64,000 nucleotides of DNA from the human T2T-CHM13v2.0 reference genome, Homo sapiens: assembly GCF_009914755.1 (NCBI RefSeq), contig NC_060925.1; one strand, written 5' to 3'. How positions within the stretch are numbered: the first letter of the stretch is position 1; each line of letters starts with the position of its first letter. The position numbers and the translations under genes were made by a program. This document shows positions 1-10,660 of this stretch, one piece after another. A model generated the notes under the pieces. It saw nothing but the letters and a program-made list of their open reading frames with translations. It made no database searches and was not told where the DNA came from.

Positions 1-896
1 AAAATGTGGTTTCATGTTGCTTAATCCAACTTGGACCGTGGAACTTCCCTTGTTCCATTTACACCTTCTGGAGCATTAGGAAATTATTGATCCAGTCAAA
101 TAGATCCCATGCACAGCACAATGGTGGAGGATTGAGAGGCTGAGCTGTCCCAGAGATGCTCACATCTGTGACTCAGGTGCCCCACCTCTGGGGATCGGCC
201 TAAGAAAGGAGTGCTTAATGTGGAAATGGTGATGTGGATGACGATGTTACACGATTTAAAATAGTGAAAATAATAAAATAGCTGGAAGTTTAACAAAAGG
301 AAACGGCTCAGTAAACTCTGGCATCATTCCTTGATGGGTCTTTTTGCAAGATGATTATGAATATGATACAGTTACACAGAAGATCACTTAAGATTGAATA
401 AATCACAAGAATGAATAAATCACAAGAATGGTTTCACTGTACTTTAAAAAATATACATATATTGGAAATATAAAGATAAGAAAACACATAGAAATTTGTT
501 TTTGTTTTTCAGGGATTTTTTTTTCCCCCAAGAAAGAATTTTCTCCAAATGGTGAAATTAAATTTGGTCATAGAAATAAACAGTCTCGCCTGAAATAGGT
601 GGCAATTGGCTTGTATATCAGGCTTCTGTGAGTTTAGTCAATTTGAGTCAGTTTCCTGCATCTCATTCTCTGCAGGCATCTTGAATATGTGGACTTGTAG
701 GGCTGAACCCTGGTATCTCTGTTGAAGTATGGCCCCTATTAAGACCCATCCAGAATAGCCAGTTCTTGCCATCGACTCTCATATCACATTCTCAACTTTA
801 ACAGGGCAAACAGGTTTGGGAGAAGGAACAACTGGAGCATATAAAACGAGGGAACTTGACTCAGAACAGGCCCTTTGAGAGCTTTCTACATTGTTG

Positions 897-1066
897 TGTG
901 GTTCTTGACCTTGCTACATATTGGACTCACCTGAAAAGCTTTTTAAAAAACACTGATATGGGGGGTGTTGGCCTCAGATATTCTGATTTAATTGGCCTGG
1001 GGTATGCTCTGAGTATTGCAGCTTTAAAAAGCCCACGTGATTCCAATGTGCGGCTGGGGCTGAAAA
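897..1066. mobile_element. MER5-type hAT-Charlie DNA transposon remnant
   Basis: gtggttcttgacc...ctcagatattctgatttaattggcctgggg...gtgattccaatgtgcggctggggctgaaaa resembles the MER5A/B consensus. Confidence 0.7.
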
Positions 1067-2119
1067 GGCAGATGTGAGCCATGGATGAACCCAGGCTGAG
1101 CTTGAAGAAACAGAGGAACTTGCCATTTCATAAGGGCTATGCTTGAAGTTGGCACTCAATGCTGTGGGACACAGAGGGGGTGCCTCGCAGGGTCTGGGGT
1201 CAAATAGCCTGGGAGGCCTGTCAGATGAGGGGCACAAGGGCAGGCCTTGTAGGATGCTGCAGAGTTCCCTCAGAGGGGCTCACGGGTCAAGCAATCGGCA
1301 GGTCCCCAGCAGTGAGACTCCCAGGCTCCCCGGCAGTTCTGGTTTGGGAGAAATCACACTGCCCCTTAAGCCTCCAGGGCCCCTGCTTTTCAAATGAAGA
1401 CATTGCCACGTGCCAAGTGGATGGCTTGTAGGGCTAAATGACTTAATATTTTTGGAGTAGAAGGAACAAAACCGCAACAAGACACTGTTGTTTTCCCCAT
1501 CATAATTGATGGGGCTCTGTCTTTTCTACCGTTAAAGCACAAGCTGCAGCTATTTTTCTTTTTTTAACCAAACACCACTGAATACAAAACATTGATTTTT
1601 TTTAAACTGGGTTTCAAACTGAGAAATGTCTTGATCCCAGAAGTCAATCACCTGGGAAGTCATAGTAACTTCCACTGGCACCACTGTACAGCTGACAAGG
1701 AGCTCTGTGCCAGCGGGGCTGATGTCCCACTCAGAGCAGCTACCTTCCCCTTCCTCCCCAGGCCACATCACCAGGCAGACAGGGGACTCACAGCCTCCCC
1801 TCTCCTGGCTTCTGCCCCACCCCCAACCCAGCAGTGACGGTCTCAAGGAGAGGGACCTTCCAGATCTTTCAAAAGGGCCCCTGAGGACCATCCTCTGTCT
1901 TGTTTGGCTCCCTCAGACCCTCCTCTGTGAGGGTCCGAGGAGATTTTTCACTGCCCTTCCAGCCACTCCCATGCCCTGAGCACATCCTGTCCCAGGCAGG
2001 AGGGACACTCCAAGCCTCTGCCCCATTGGGTCACTTAGGACCACCATGTCCAGTTGTTCTGGTTCCTCACTGCACAATGCTGGGGAATCCGTCCCATCAG
2101 TGCTGCTCATCTGCTATTT

Positions 2120-2687
2120 AAAGTAAGTTCCTGGCAACTCCCCATTGCCAGCAAGTGAAGTCCAAGTTCCTCCAGGCACCTTCCAGGGCCCAGCCTGGCA
2201 TTCATCTCCAGCCACCTCAAACTTTATCCCCTTATGTCTAGTTCTGGACCCACTGAACTCATATTCTTTTTCCACAGAAGTGTGTTCTCTCTGACCACAT
2301 CTTCCCCCATGCCATGCTCTCTGCCTGGAGCACTCTCCTCCCTTCCTTCCTCCCTTCCCTCCTCTCTTCCCACCTTGGTAAACTCTACTCCTCCTTCAAC
2401 TCTCAGCTAATACATTGCTTCCTGCAGGAAGCCTTCCCTTACCTCCCATCCTATTGGGTCCCCTGTCATGTGCTCTGTAGCACCTTTTACTTCCCTTGAC
2501 ATACCTGTCATTGAGTGTCATTGTAATGACTCTGTAAGTCTGTCTTCTCTGCTGGACTGGAAGTTACACCAGGGCGAGAGCCATGTCTCTCACTCACTGC
2601 CATCCCTCTAATGCCCGGCCCAGACACTGGTACAGAGCAGGGGCTGAATCCACTGGTTCTGAGTGAATGAAGGAATGAAGAAATGAC
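2120..2687 (+). mobile_element. L2 LINE 3' fragment
   Basis: caggaagccttccct...ctggactggaagttacaccagggc...gagtgaatgaaggaatgaa, the typical L2 3' end and tail. Confidence 0.75.
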
Positions 2688-3039
2688 TGGCTGTGGTTCG
2701 TCAGCCCAGGCCTAGCATGCGGTGCAGTCCTCCGCACCTACCACAATGCTTGCTCAGTCTCTACTTCAGTGTCTATAATTAGACCAGGAGCCTGCCTGTC
2801 TCAAATTCTGCCCTTCCCAACTTTGGCTCTGGTACCTACCCAACCCTTTTCTGTCCCCTCTCCTCTGGCAGAGGGGACGTCTGATTCCTGGTACCCACAG
2901 GGCCAATTGCTGGTTGCACATGGACTGGGCTTGACCACAGCCAAGATGCTGATGCTCCCTGACTTGAACTCTGGAGGGCTAGACACCTGGGTCCCTGGAC
3001 TCTTGCTGCCTTGCCTCACCCTCTAGGTCACAACAGCAA

Positions 3040-3240
3040 AAAGCTAAGTACTTCATGGACTGATTTAAACTGTACCACAACCCTTTGAAATGGGTGTTAT
3101 TACTATTATACCCATTTTATAGATGAGGAAAGTGAAGAAAAGAGGGGCTAAATGATTTGCCCAAAGTCACACAGTAAGTCGTAGCTGTGCTGGAATTTGA
3201 ACATACGGTAGATTGACTTCAAAGCCTTTGTTTTACACTG
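3040..3240 (-). mobile_element. MIR SINE
   Basis: cccattttatagatgaggaaagtgaag...ttgcccaaagtcacacag, reverse-complement MIR core. Confidence 0.8.
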
Positions 3241-3854
3241 ATATTCCCAGAACTAAGCTCAAACTTGCCACACAGCATGAAGACTCAAGGTCTTAGGTGG
3301 TGCGATTGCCCCTTCAGGGCCCACTTTTCTCAGGCACCCCTCCCCCAGCATCCCCCAGCTCTGTGAAAGAGGTCCTGGTGAGTCTCTGGCCCAAGGCTGG
3401 GGATATTTCACCTGCCCCCATGTCCTCTGCAGGGCCCCACCCATCTTGTTCTCTGGGTCCCTGAGTGGGCAGGGTCGATGGCAGCTCCCAGTCACTGCCT
3501 ACACAATCCTTCAGAGGCAGCCACAGTGCCCCTCAGTCTCCCTCCCTCCAAGCTAAGCCAGCTCATCCCTCAGATGTCACCACACCCTCAGCACAGGCAG
3601 AGTCCCCTTGGATTGCAAAGGCACAAGCAGTCTTACAGTCATTGGGAAAAAGAGGCAGAGAAATTGTATTTCCTCTGAGACTATTGTGAAGAGCTGTGTG
3701 TGTGACTCACCACTTTTTTGCTGGATTGCTTTCTCTGGGTCTTGCAGACCTGAGACTCCATTTTGCAGAAGAGTTGAAGGCAGATGATGCAGGGAAAATA
3801 ACTGACTAGGAGGAAGGATACTGGGTCCCACTCCCAGCTTTGTCACAAACCTGT

Positions 3855-4410
3855 TTGAAAACCTTCAGTGGCTCCTTTGCCCTTAAGAACATTTCCAAAT
3901 GCTGTAAGATGGGGGACAAGATCCTGCACCATCAGGCCTAGGCCACTTCTCCCACCTTGTCATGTATCACTGTTCTCTTGAATGCTCTGCTCCAGCCACA
4001 ATAACTTCTGCTTGTTCCTCTGAAGGTCATGTTCTCTCTCCTGCCTCTGGCCCTCTTCAATGTCATTCCCTCAGCCTAAAGCTGTCTTTTTCCTCCCTCT
4101 TTGCCCAGAAAACCTTTCTCCTCCTTCAGCCTAAATGTCACCTCCTCCAGGAAGTATTCTATTGTCATCACCCCTAGATGAGGTCAGGTTGCTAAAATGC
4201 TCCCATGTCACTGTGGGTGTTTCCTAGTGGAGTGTGTGTTGCAATTTAATGTGCTTTTCCTGTCCAATCATCTAACTATCTCCAGTGTGAGCTTCATGAG
4301 GGCTGCACTCATCTGTGCTGCTCACCATTGTTCTCTAGCACTTAACACAGTGCTTGACACACTGTCGGTGTTTTAAAAGAATATGCTGCATAAGTGAATG
4401 AAGAAACAAA
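3855..4410 (+). mobile_element. L2 LINE 3' fragment
   Basis: aaatgtcacctcctccaggaag...tgagcttcatgagggc...cacagtgcttgacaca...gtgaatgaa. Confidence 0.75.
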
Positions 4411-4411
4411 T

Positions 4412-5300
4412 CAGTCAGGATTCTTAGTTGTAAGCAAGAAAAACCAGCCATGCCTGGTTCAAGGGAAAAAACAATTTCTTAGAGGGTTACTGAATAGCAC
4501 ACTGAATCAGAGCAAGTTCTAGGGCACCAGGACCCCACAGCAGAACAGTGGCCTAAGCTACCCAGCCAGACTTATTTGGGGAGGACACCACTACCATCCC
4601 CAGCTAGCTGCAAGACCCTGCAGCTGAGACCACCACCATCACCAAGCACTGACCCTTGACCCTCCCACAGCAGCACTGCCCCACCCCCAAACTCAAACCC
4701 TGACTGTTGGGGAGAGCTGCCAGCCTTGCACACCCTCCTGCTCACACACCCACATCCTAGCTGCAAGGGAGCCTGGGAAAAGGAGTACTCAGCCTTGCCT
4801 TTTTTTTTTTATTTTAAGTTCTGGGGTACATGTGCAGGACACACAGGTTTGTTACATAGGTAAACGTGTGCCATGGTGGTTTGCTGCACCTATCAACCCA
4901 TCACCTAGGTAATAAGCATAGCATGCATTAGCTATCTTTCCTGATGCTTTCTTCCCGTCCCCCAACAGACCCCAGAGTGTGTTGATCTCCTCCCTGTGTC
5001 CATGTGTTCTCATTGTTCAGCTCCGACTTATAAGTGAGAACGTGTGATGTTTGGTTTTCTGTTCCTGCATTAGTTTGCTGAGGATAATGGCTTCCAGCTT
5101 CATCCATGTCCCTGTAAAGGACGTGATCCCATTCCTCCTTTTTATGACTGCATATTATTCCATGGTGTATATGTACCACATTTTCTTTATCCAGTCTATC
5201 ACTGATGGGCATTTGGGTTGATTCCATGTCTTTGCAATTGAGAATAGTGCTGCAAGCATTGTTTTTTTCTTGAGTGGGAGGTGGGCTCTGTTTCCCATCA
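4412..5300 (-). mobile_element. MLT1 (ERVL-MaLR) LTR, interrupted by an L1PA insertion
   Basis: gtcaggattcttagttgtaagcaag...ctagctgcaagggagcctgggaaa; resumes after the L1 as gtgggaggtgggctctg. Confidence 0.6.
4800..5253 (-). mobile_element. L1PA (about PA8-PA13) 5'-truncated 3' end
   Basis: poly-T then ggggtacatgtgcagg...ccatggtggtttgctgcacc; ORF2 C-terminal peptide [27 protein letters not shown] on the minus strand. Confidence 0.9.
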
Positions 5301-5902
5301 TAAGTTGGAGAGTCATGAGTTGGAGAATTCCTTGGAACAGGGTACACAAGCCAGGGGGGTTAAAAAGACAGGGAAACATCCATCACAGCGATCAAAGGAA
5401 TGAACCAATAAGCCAAAGGCCTTAATCAATTTCCCTCCCTTCTCTCTGCCTCAGTTTCCTCATTTGCAAAAGGAAAACATGTTAGTCTCTCAGTTCCCCT
5501 CTGGCACTAACATTCTATGCTACTGGTTTTGAGTTGTTTATCCAACATAAACAGGGTACAACCTCATCCAGGGAAAGAAGAATCTCCCAAAAGGTCTTCT
5601 ATCAGTCAGGGTGGCCTGGCCTCTGCCACAGTAACAATTAACTCCCAGATCTGAGGGACTTACCATTCCAGAGAAAACTGCTACAACTGGAGGGGGCTTT
5701 ATTGCCTAGAAAAGAAGAGCTTCGTCACCAACAGCCGCTGGCACTTTCTTTTGGTTCATAGGAGGAGCAGTGTTGCCTTGAACTCTACGGAAGGAACGAT
5801 GGGTCAGAAAGGCTAAAGAAGAAACTAGCTAGGAAGCCTGAGGGCAAATTCAAAGGCAGGTAGCTGCAAGAGGAGGGGTTCACGAGCAGCAATCCTGATG
5901 AT

Positions 5903-6620
5903 GATTCACTCATTTATTCATCCAGTTAGTCAAGAAATATTTTTTGAGCATCCATGATGTGTCAGGTACTCTGCTAGCCACTTGTTACTGGGATATGAGG
6001 GTAGGCAAGATTGAAAAGGTCCATGTCCTGCTCAAATTTATATTCTAGTGGGGAAAAAGGAGAAAAAAATGAGTAAGTAAATAATTAAGCAAAATACTTT
6101 CAGATGTTGATCAGTGTTATAAAGACATTAATCAGAGTGGTACAATGGAATGACACATGTGTGAGTGAGGGGCATTTTAGTTGCAATGGTCAGGGAAGAT
6201 ACCCTTGAGTTGACATTTAAGCTGAGCTCTAAATAACAAGAGGGAAGAAGAGCAAGCCAGGCAGAGGGAACAGCCAGGTACAAAGACTGAAGTAGGAACA
6301 AATGTAGCTGCAGCACCATAGGAGATGAGGTCAGAGAAGCAGAGAGTCTTTAAGCCATAGCAAGGAATCTGCATTTGATTCTGAGTATCATGGTTTGCAG
6401 GGATGGTGAATCGGCCGGCTTTAAGCAAGAGAATGGCATGATCTGATTTGATTTTGCATTCTTTTCAAAAGATCGCTTTGGCTGCTGTGTGGATTGTAGG
6501 ATTGTCAGGGCAGCAAGGTAATAACAGAGCAAATACAATACATAGTTCAGTAGAAACGAAATAGCCAGCAGAGAGTCTTGACTTTAGTCACTATTGCAGG
6601 TGAGAGATACTGCTGGAACC
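5903..6620 (-). mobile_element. L2 LINE fragment
   Basis: attcactcatttattcatcc...tttttgagcatcc...tatattctagtgggg, reverse-complement L2 3' region. Confidence 0.75.
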
Positions 6621-6692
6621 ATATAGGGAGTTCTCATGCAGGGAGGATGTTTTTGTATATGAATTCCTGGAGGAGAGTCATCCAAAGATCCT

Positions 6693-7060
6693 TGTATTGG
6701 TTAGAATAGGGTAGGCTACACCACAGTAACAAATTAAACCCTAAGCTCCAGTGGCTTAATACATAAAGCTTTACGTCTTCCTCACACGGCGTGTTCATTG
6801 TGAGTTAGCCTGGGGTCTCGGCTCCACACAGGCACCCAGGAACCCAGGCCTAGAGAGGCTCCACCCTTGATAGCCTTATCCTCTTAGCCACTGTGGCAGG
6901 GGAAAAGCAGTCACGGCGATCTCACAAGTTCTCCTCCGAGTTTCATCATCTCTTCTCACATCCCATTGGCCAAACTAGTCACATGTCTCCACGTAGCTGC
7001 AAAGAAGCTAGGCAGGGTTGTCTTCTGCGGGCTCAGAAGAAAAGGAATGGGTATGTCTTC
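6693..7060 (-). mobile_element. MLT1 (J-like) MaLR LTR
   Basis: tgtattggttagaatagggtaggctacaccacagtaacaaat...cccattggccaaactagtcacatg...agctgcaaagaagctagg. Confidence 0.65.
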
Positions 7061-7469
7061 AGAGGCCTGAAATCCAAAGTGATAAGAGACCAAAGAATTG
7101 CCTAAAGAATAAATAGAGCTGCTTTTCTGCTGGAATATGCAATGTGACTTGGGAGCAAAACACACTTGTTTTAGGATGTATATGGATCTGGCTGGAGCAC
7201 ACTAGGAGGGGCCAGCCATCCAGAAGTGGAGGGTCATTCAAGACAGAATCTCCAAATGCCAGAAAAGTGGGCTTACCTCCAGGCTCCCCCTTAATTTGGC
7301 ATCTGTTTTGTTTGTTCGTTTTTTTTTTTTGCTTCTCTATGATGTTTGTGTAGATACATATACATCCTGGAGAATTTTGTAAGCCTCTTTGCACTGTTAT
7401 GTGATCTTTCTATTGACAATTGTTATGCATATGTATTTTTCTTTCTCTAATAACATCATTTTAAAACAA

Positions 7470-7835
7470 TAATCATAGCTACGCTTTTATAAGCACCTTC
7501 TAAGCATCTCACCTATCATAGCTAATTAAATCCTCACCACAATCCTATAAGATAAATATTATTATCATCATTTATACATGGGGAAACTGAGGCATGGAGT
7601 GATTAAATAACTTGCATAAATCTCACAAGTTCTCCTCTGAGTTTCATTATCTCTTCTCACATCCCATTGGCCAGACTAATCATGTGTCTCCACATAGCTG
7701 CAAAGAAGCTAGGCAGGGTGGTCTTCTGTGCGCTCAGAAGAAAAGGACTGGATATGTCTTCAGGGGCCTGAAAGTGGAAGAGCTGGTATTCAAACCAGGT
7801 AGTCTGGCTCTGAAGCCCCTGCTCCTGAACTCTAG
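7470..7835 (-). mobile_element. MIR SINE interrupted by a 154-bp local duplication
   Basis: ggggaaactgaggc...ttaaataacttgc [insert] gtggaagagctggtattcaaaccaggtagtctggctc. Confidence 0.8.
7620..7773 (+). repeat. Second copy of 6919-7072 (direct, ungapped, 13 mismatches in 154 bp)
   Basis: manual alignment; also seen as two similar ORF peptides HKFSSEFH.LFSHPIGQT.H.SP.SCKEARQG. Confidence 0.95.
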
Positions 7836-8925
7836 ACTACAAGCTCTTGATACAAAGTGTGCCCTAGAAGGCTGGCCAAGATCCATGCTTGCTCTGAAAA
7901 GCAACTGTTCCCGGGAGAGGCTAGAAGAGAACAGCAAGTCCTCTTGGGCCACATTTCTGAATTGGTGACTTGCGACTTCATGGAAAGATGAGCCTTCCCC
8001 ACGTGTACCCAAGAGAAACTGACCTGAAAGACACGTAAACAGTGGTCTCTGAGTACTTAAAAACAGCCAATGACAGACTAAGCCAAGAAAACCAAAGCCA
8101 ACAGTTTGGAAGCTTTTATCTCCTTTCATTTTTCTACTTCATATCAGTTTGGCTTATTTTGTTTTCAACAAATACTTTTGAAAATCTCCTACAAAGAAGA
8201 CACTCAGCTAATGCTATAAAGGAAATTATGGGGAGGAAATTAGGAGTGTAAGTCATAATCTCTTCCCTCAAGTCAGGGAAACTTAACAGAATCACATGAC
8301 GAATTGGATCACTTTAAAAAGAGAGAGAGAATAGCACAATTCTAGACAAGACAATGTGATTCTTTGTTAAACGAGTGGTCAAGATGATGTAACCAACTGG
8401 CGCACAGGGGTGTAAGCAGATGAGAGGCATCACTGAGCTAGATGAGCAAGGAAGACTTGGAGCAAGAGGAGGAATTTGAATTGGGTTTTGAAGGACATGG
8501 CAAGAGCCAAACTAAACTGACTATGGGGATGGCTGGCCTGGGGAAGTGAGAGAAGGAGGGCTTTGCCCAGGGTTGGAGGCTCCTGGACAAAGGGCTAGGC
8601 AGGCACCCCTCAACAGATCCTCTCTGCAGGGAAGCTCCCACTTCGGGCTGTTGGAAAGTTCTCAGAACAGCAAGTTAAGACATAAGACTTAGGAGTTGGA
8701 AGGTGGGTTTGAGGGGACCACAGGCCCTGCTGGGCCCATGTCTGTTGCTCTTGCTGTAGGAGCAGCTGCTGGTCTCAGGAAAGCCATGTTTAGCTTTACG
8801 GCCACCTGAACATCTATAGGACCCTCTGTAGGAATGCCCAGTGCTGAGAACAAAATTGTTTTTAATTCCATTACCTACAGCCTTGAGGCTGCCACCTTCT
8901 ACTCTTTGGGAAATTTGCTTCCATC

Positions 8926-8939
8926 ACACACACACACAT

Positions 8940-8970
<31 letters not shown>
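8926..8970. repeat. (CA)n microsatellite
   Basis: interrupted CA run. Confidence 0.95.
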
Positions 8971-8971
<1 letters not shown>

Positions 8972-8995
8972 CAAACAAGCTAACAACAAAACACC

Positions 8996-9480
8996 TGTAT
9001 ATTTCCCTGTTGCATGAGTCAGAACCCACAACCCTCTCTAACTGATTTTAAGGAAAAAATCAATATATCAAACGTTGCCACATCACTCAGAATTTCAGGG
9101 AAGACTGGAGAGCTGGTTTTCTACATCGCCAGAAACAACATTCAAGTCATATGACTGGCCCATTTGTGGATATGGTCCTGCTGTTTCAGGCACAGGCACT
9201 GAAGCTTGCTTTGTGGGCCTGGAGCATGGAATACCCTTCCCAGGACATCACCGCTGCCTCCAAAAGTTTGATGGCTCTCTACCACCCTCCACCCCTTTGC
9301 CAACAGCTCAGCATTCACACAGAGCCTCCTGCCTCAAGGTGTCCTCTGCTGACTGGAAGGCTCTCATAGATGCAGCTGATTGGAGGAGCCCAGGTCACAT
9401 GCCTACCAGTAGCTGCAAGGGAGGCTGGGAAAGTGAGTTCTGACTCCTGTCTTGGGGAGATGAGATTCATAATGGGGTAA
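8996..9480 (-). mobile_element. MLT1 (K-like) MaLR LTR
   Basis: ctgattggaggagcccaggtcacatgcctacc...agctgcaagggaggctgggaaagtgagt. Confidence 0.65.
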
Positions 9481-9485
9481 TTACC

Positions 9486-9614
9486 AGGGCAGCCATCCAT
9501 CCTGGTGTCTTAGGAGAGTCTCAGGTTTTGTCTGTTGTTCCACATAATGATGAATAGCACCCTTTTTATTCTCAAACGTGTTTTGGTTTAGATCATCAAT
9601 TATAGAGACACCTT
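9486..9614 (-). mobile_element. MER94 (hAT-Blackjack) MITE
   Basis: agggcagccatccatcctgg...aatagcaccttttttattctcaaacgtgttttggtttaga...caattatagagacacctta matches the MER94 reverse complement. Confidence 0.65.
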
Positions 9615-9914
9615 AATAATTCTCAATAATAATTTTGGGGCTCATATGTCCTGTTTTCTCTCCTTTTCTTATTTTCTGCTCCTCCTACCCAAGCAGCACA
9701 TACTGAATTTGCTAAAACCCTTCTATTGCAGAGCAAAAGGGAGGATATTCTCTGTGTTTTCAGGGAAAGCCCACAACAGACAATACATCAGAGGATTACA
9801 TGTTCCTCCTAGAAGAAGAAGGACTTTTCCATGTGAGGTGAACAATCCAAATGAAAATTCAGGGAACAAATAAAAAGATGACTATAAGAACCTTCAGTTG
9901 GTCAGTTTACTTGG

Positions 9915-10293
9915 TGATATGGCTTGGCTCTGTGTCCCCACCCAAATCTCATCTTGAATTGCAACCCCCATAATCCCCACATATCAAGGGAGGGACCAGG
10001 TGGAGGTAATTGAATCATGAGGGTGATTTCCCCCATGCTAGTCTTTTGATAATAAGTGAGTCTCAAGAGATCTGATGGTTTTATAAGTGTATGGCATTTC
10101 CCCTGCTTGCACTTCTCCTTCCTGCCATCTTGTGAAGAAGGTGCCTTGCTTCCCTTTCACCTTCTGCCCTGATTGTAAATTTCCTGAGGCCTCCCCAGCC
10201 ATGCTGAACTGTGAGTCAATTAAACCTCTCTCCTTTGTCAATTACCCGGTCTTGTGTATGTCTTTATTAGCAGTGTGAGAACAGACTAATACA
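9915..10293 (+). mobile_element. THE1 (C/D-like) solo LTR with 5-bp TSD CTTGG
   Basis: tgatatggcttggctctgtgtccccacccaaatctcatcttgaattg...gactaataca; CTTGG at 9910-9914 and 10294-10298. Confidence 0.92.
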
Positions 10294-10439
10294 CTTGGAG
10301 GTCCAGGTTGGGGCCAGCTCATGGAGGGCCTTGAATGTCAAAAAAAAAAAAAAAAGACTTTGGACTTTGTCTCTGGGAAATAGTCATGTGGAAGGTCTCT
10401 GAATGGGGGAATAACCTGACCCAGTCCAGTTTACTTGAA

Positions 10440-10660
10440 AGAGCAAGAGTCAGACAGACCTGAGTTTAAATCACGATTCGTTGTGTGGAGTTAGGCATAG
10501 AGTGGAAAGTTGCTGAACCTCTTTGTGCTTCAAATTTATCATTTATAAAATGGAGAAACTAAAAGCTCCCTCTTGAGATTAATTGTAGAATAAATTAAAA
10601 TTTAAAGCTCTTGGCACAGTATACAAATCCACAGTAGATATGTGACACGTGTTAGTTGTC
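10440..10660 (+). mobile_element. MIR SINE
   Basis: gagtcagacagacctgagtttaaatc...aacctctttgtgcttcaaatttatcatttataaaatgg. Confidence 0.7.

Noticed and set aside
395-428. 17-bp perfect tandem duplication TGAATAAATCACAAGAA
   Set aside because: Ordinary slippage duplication with no evidence of function.
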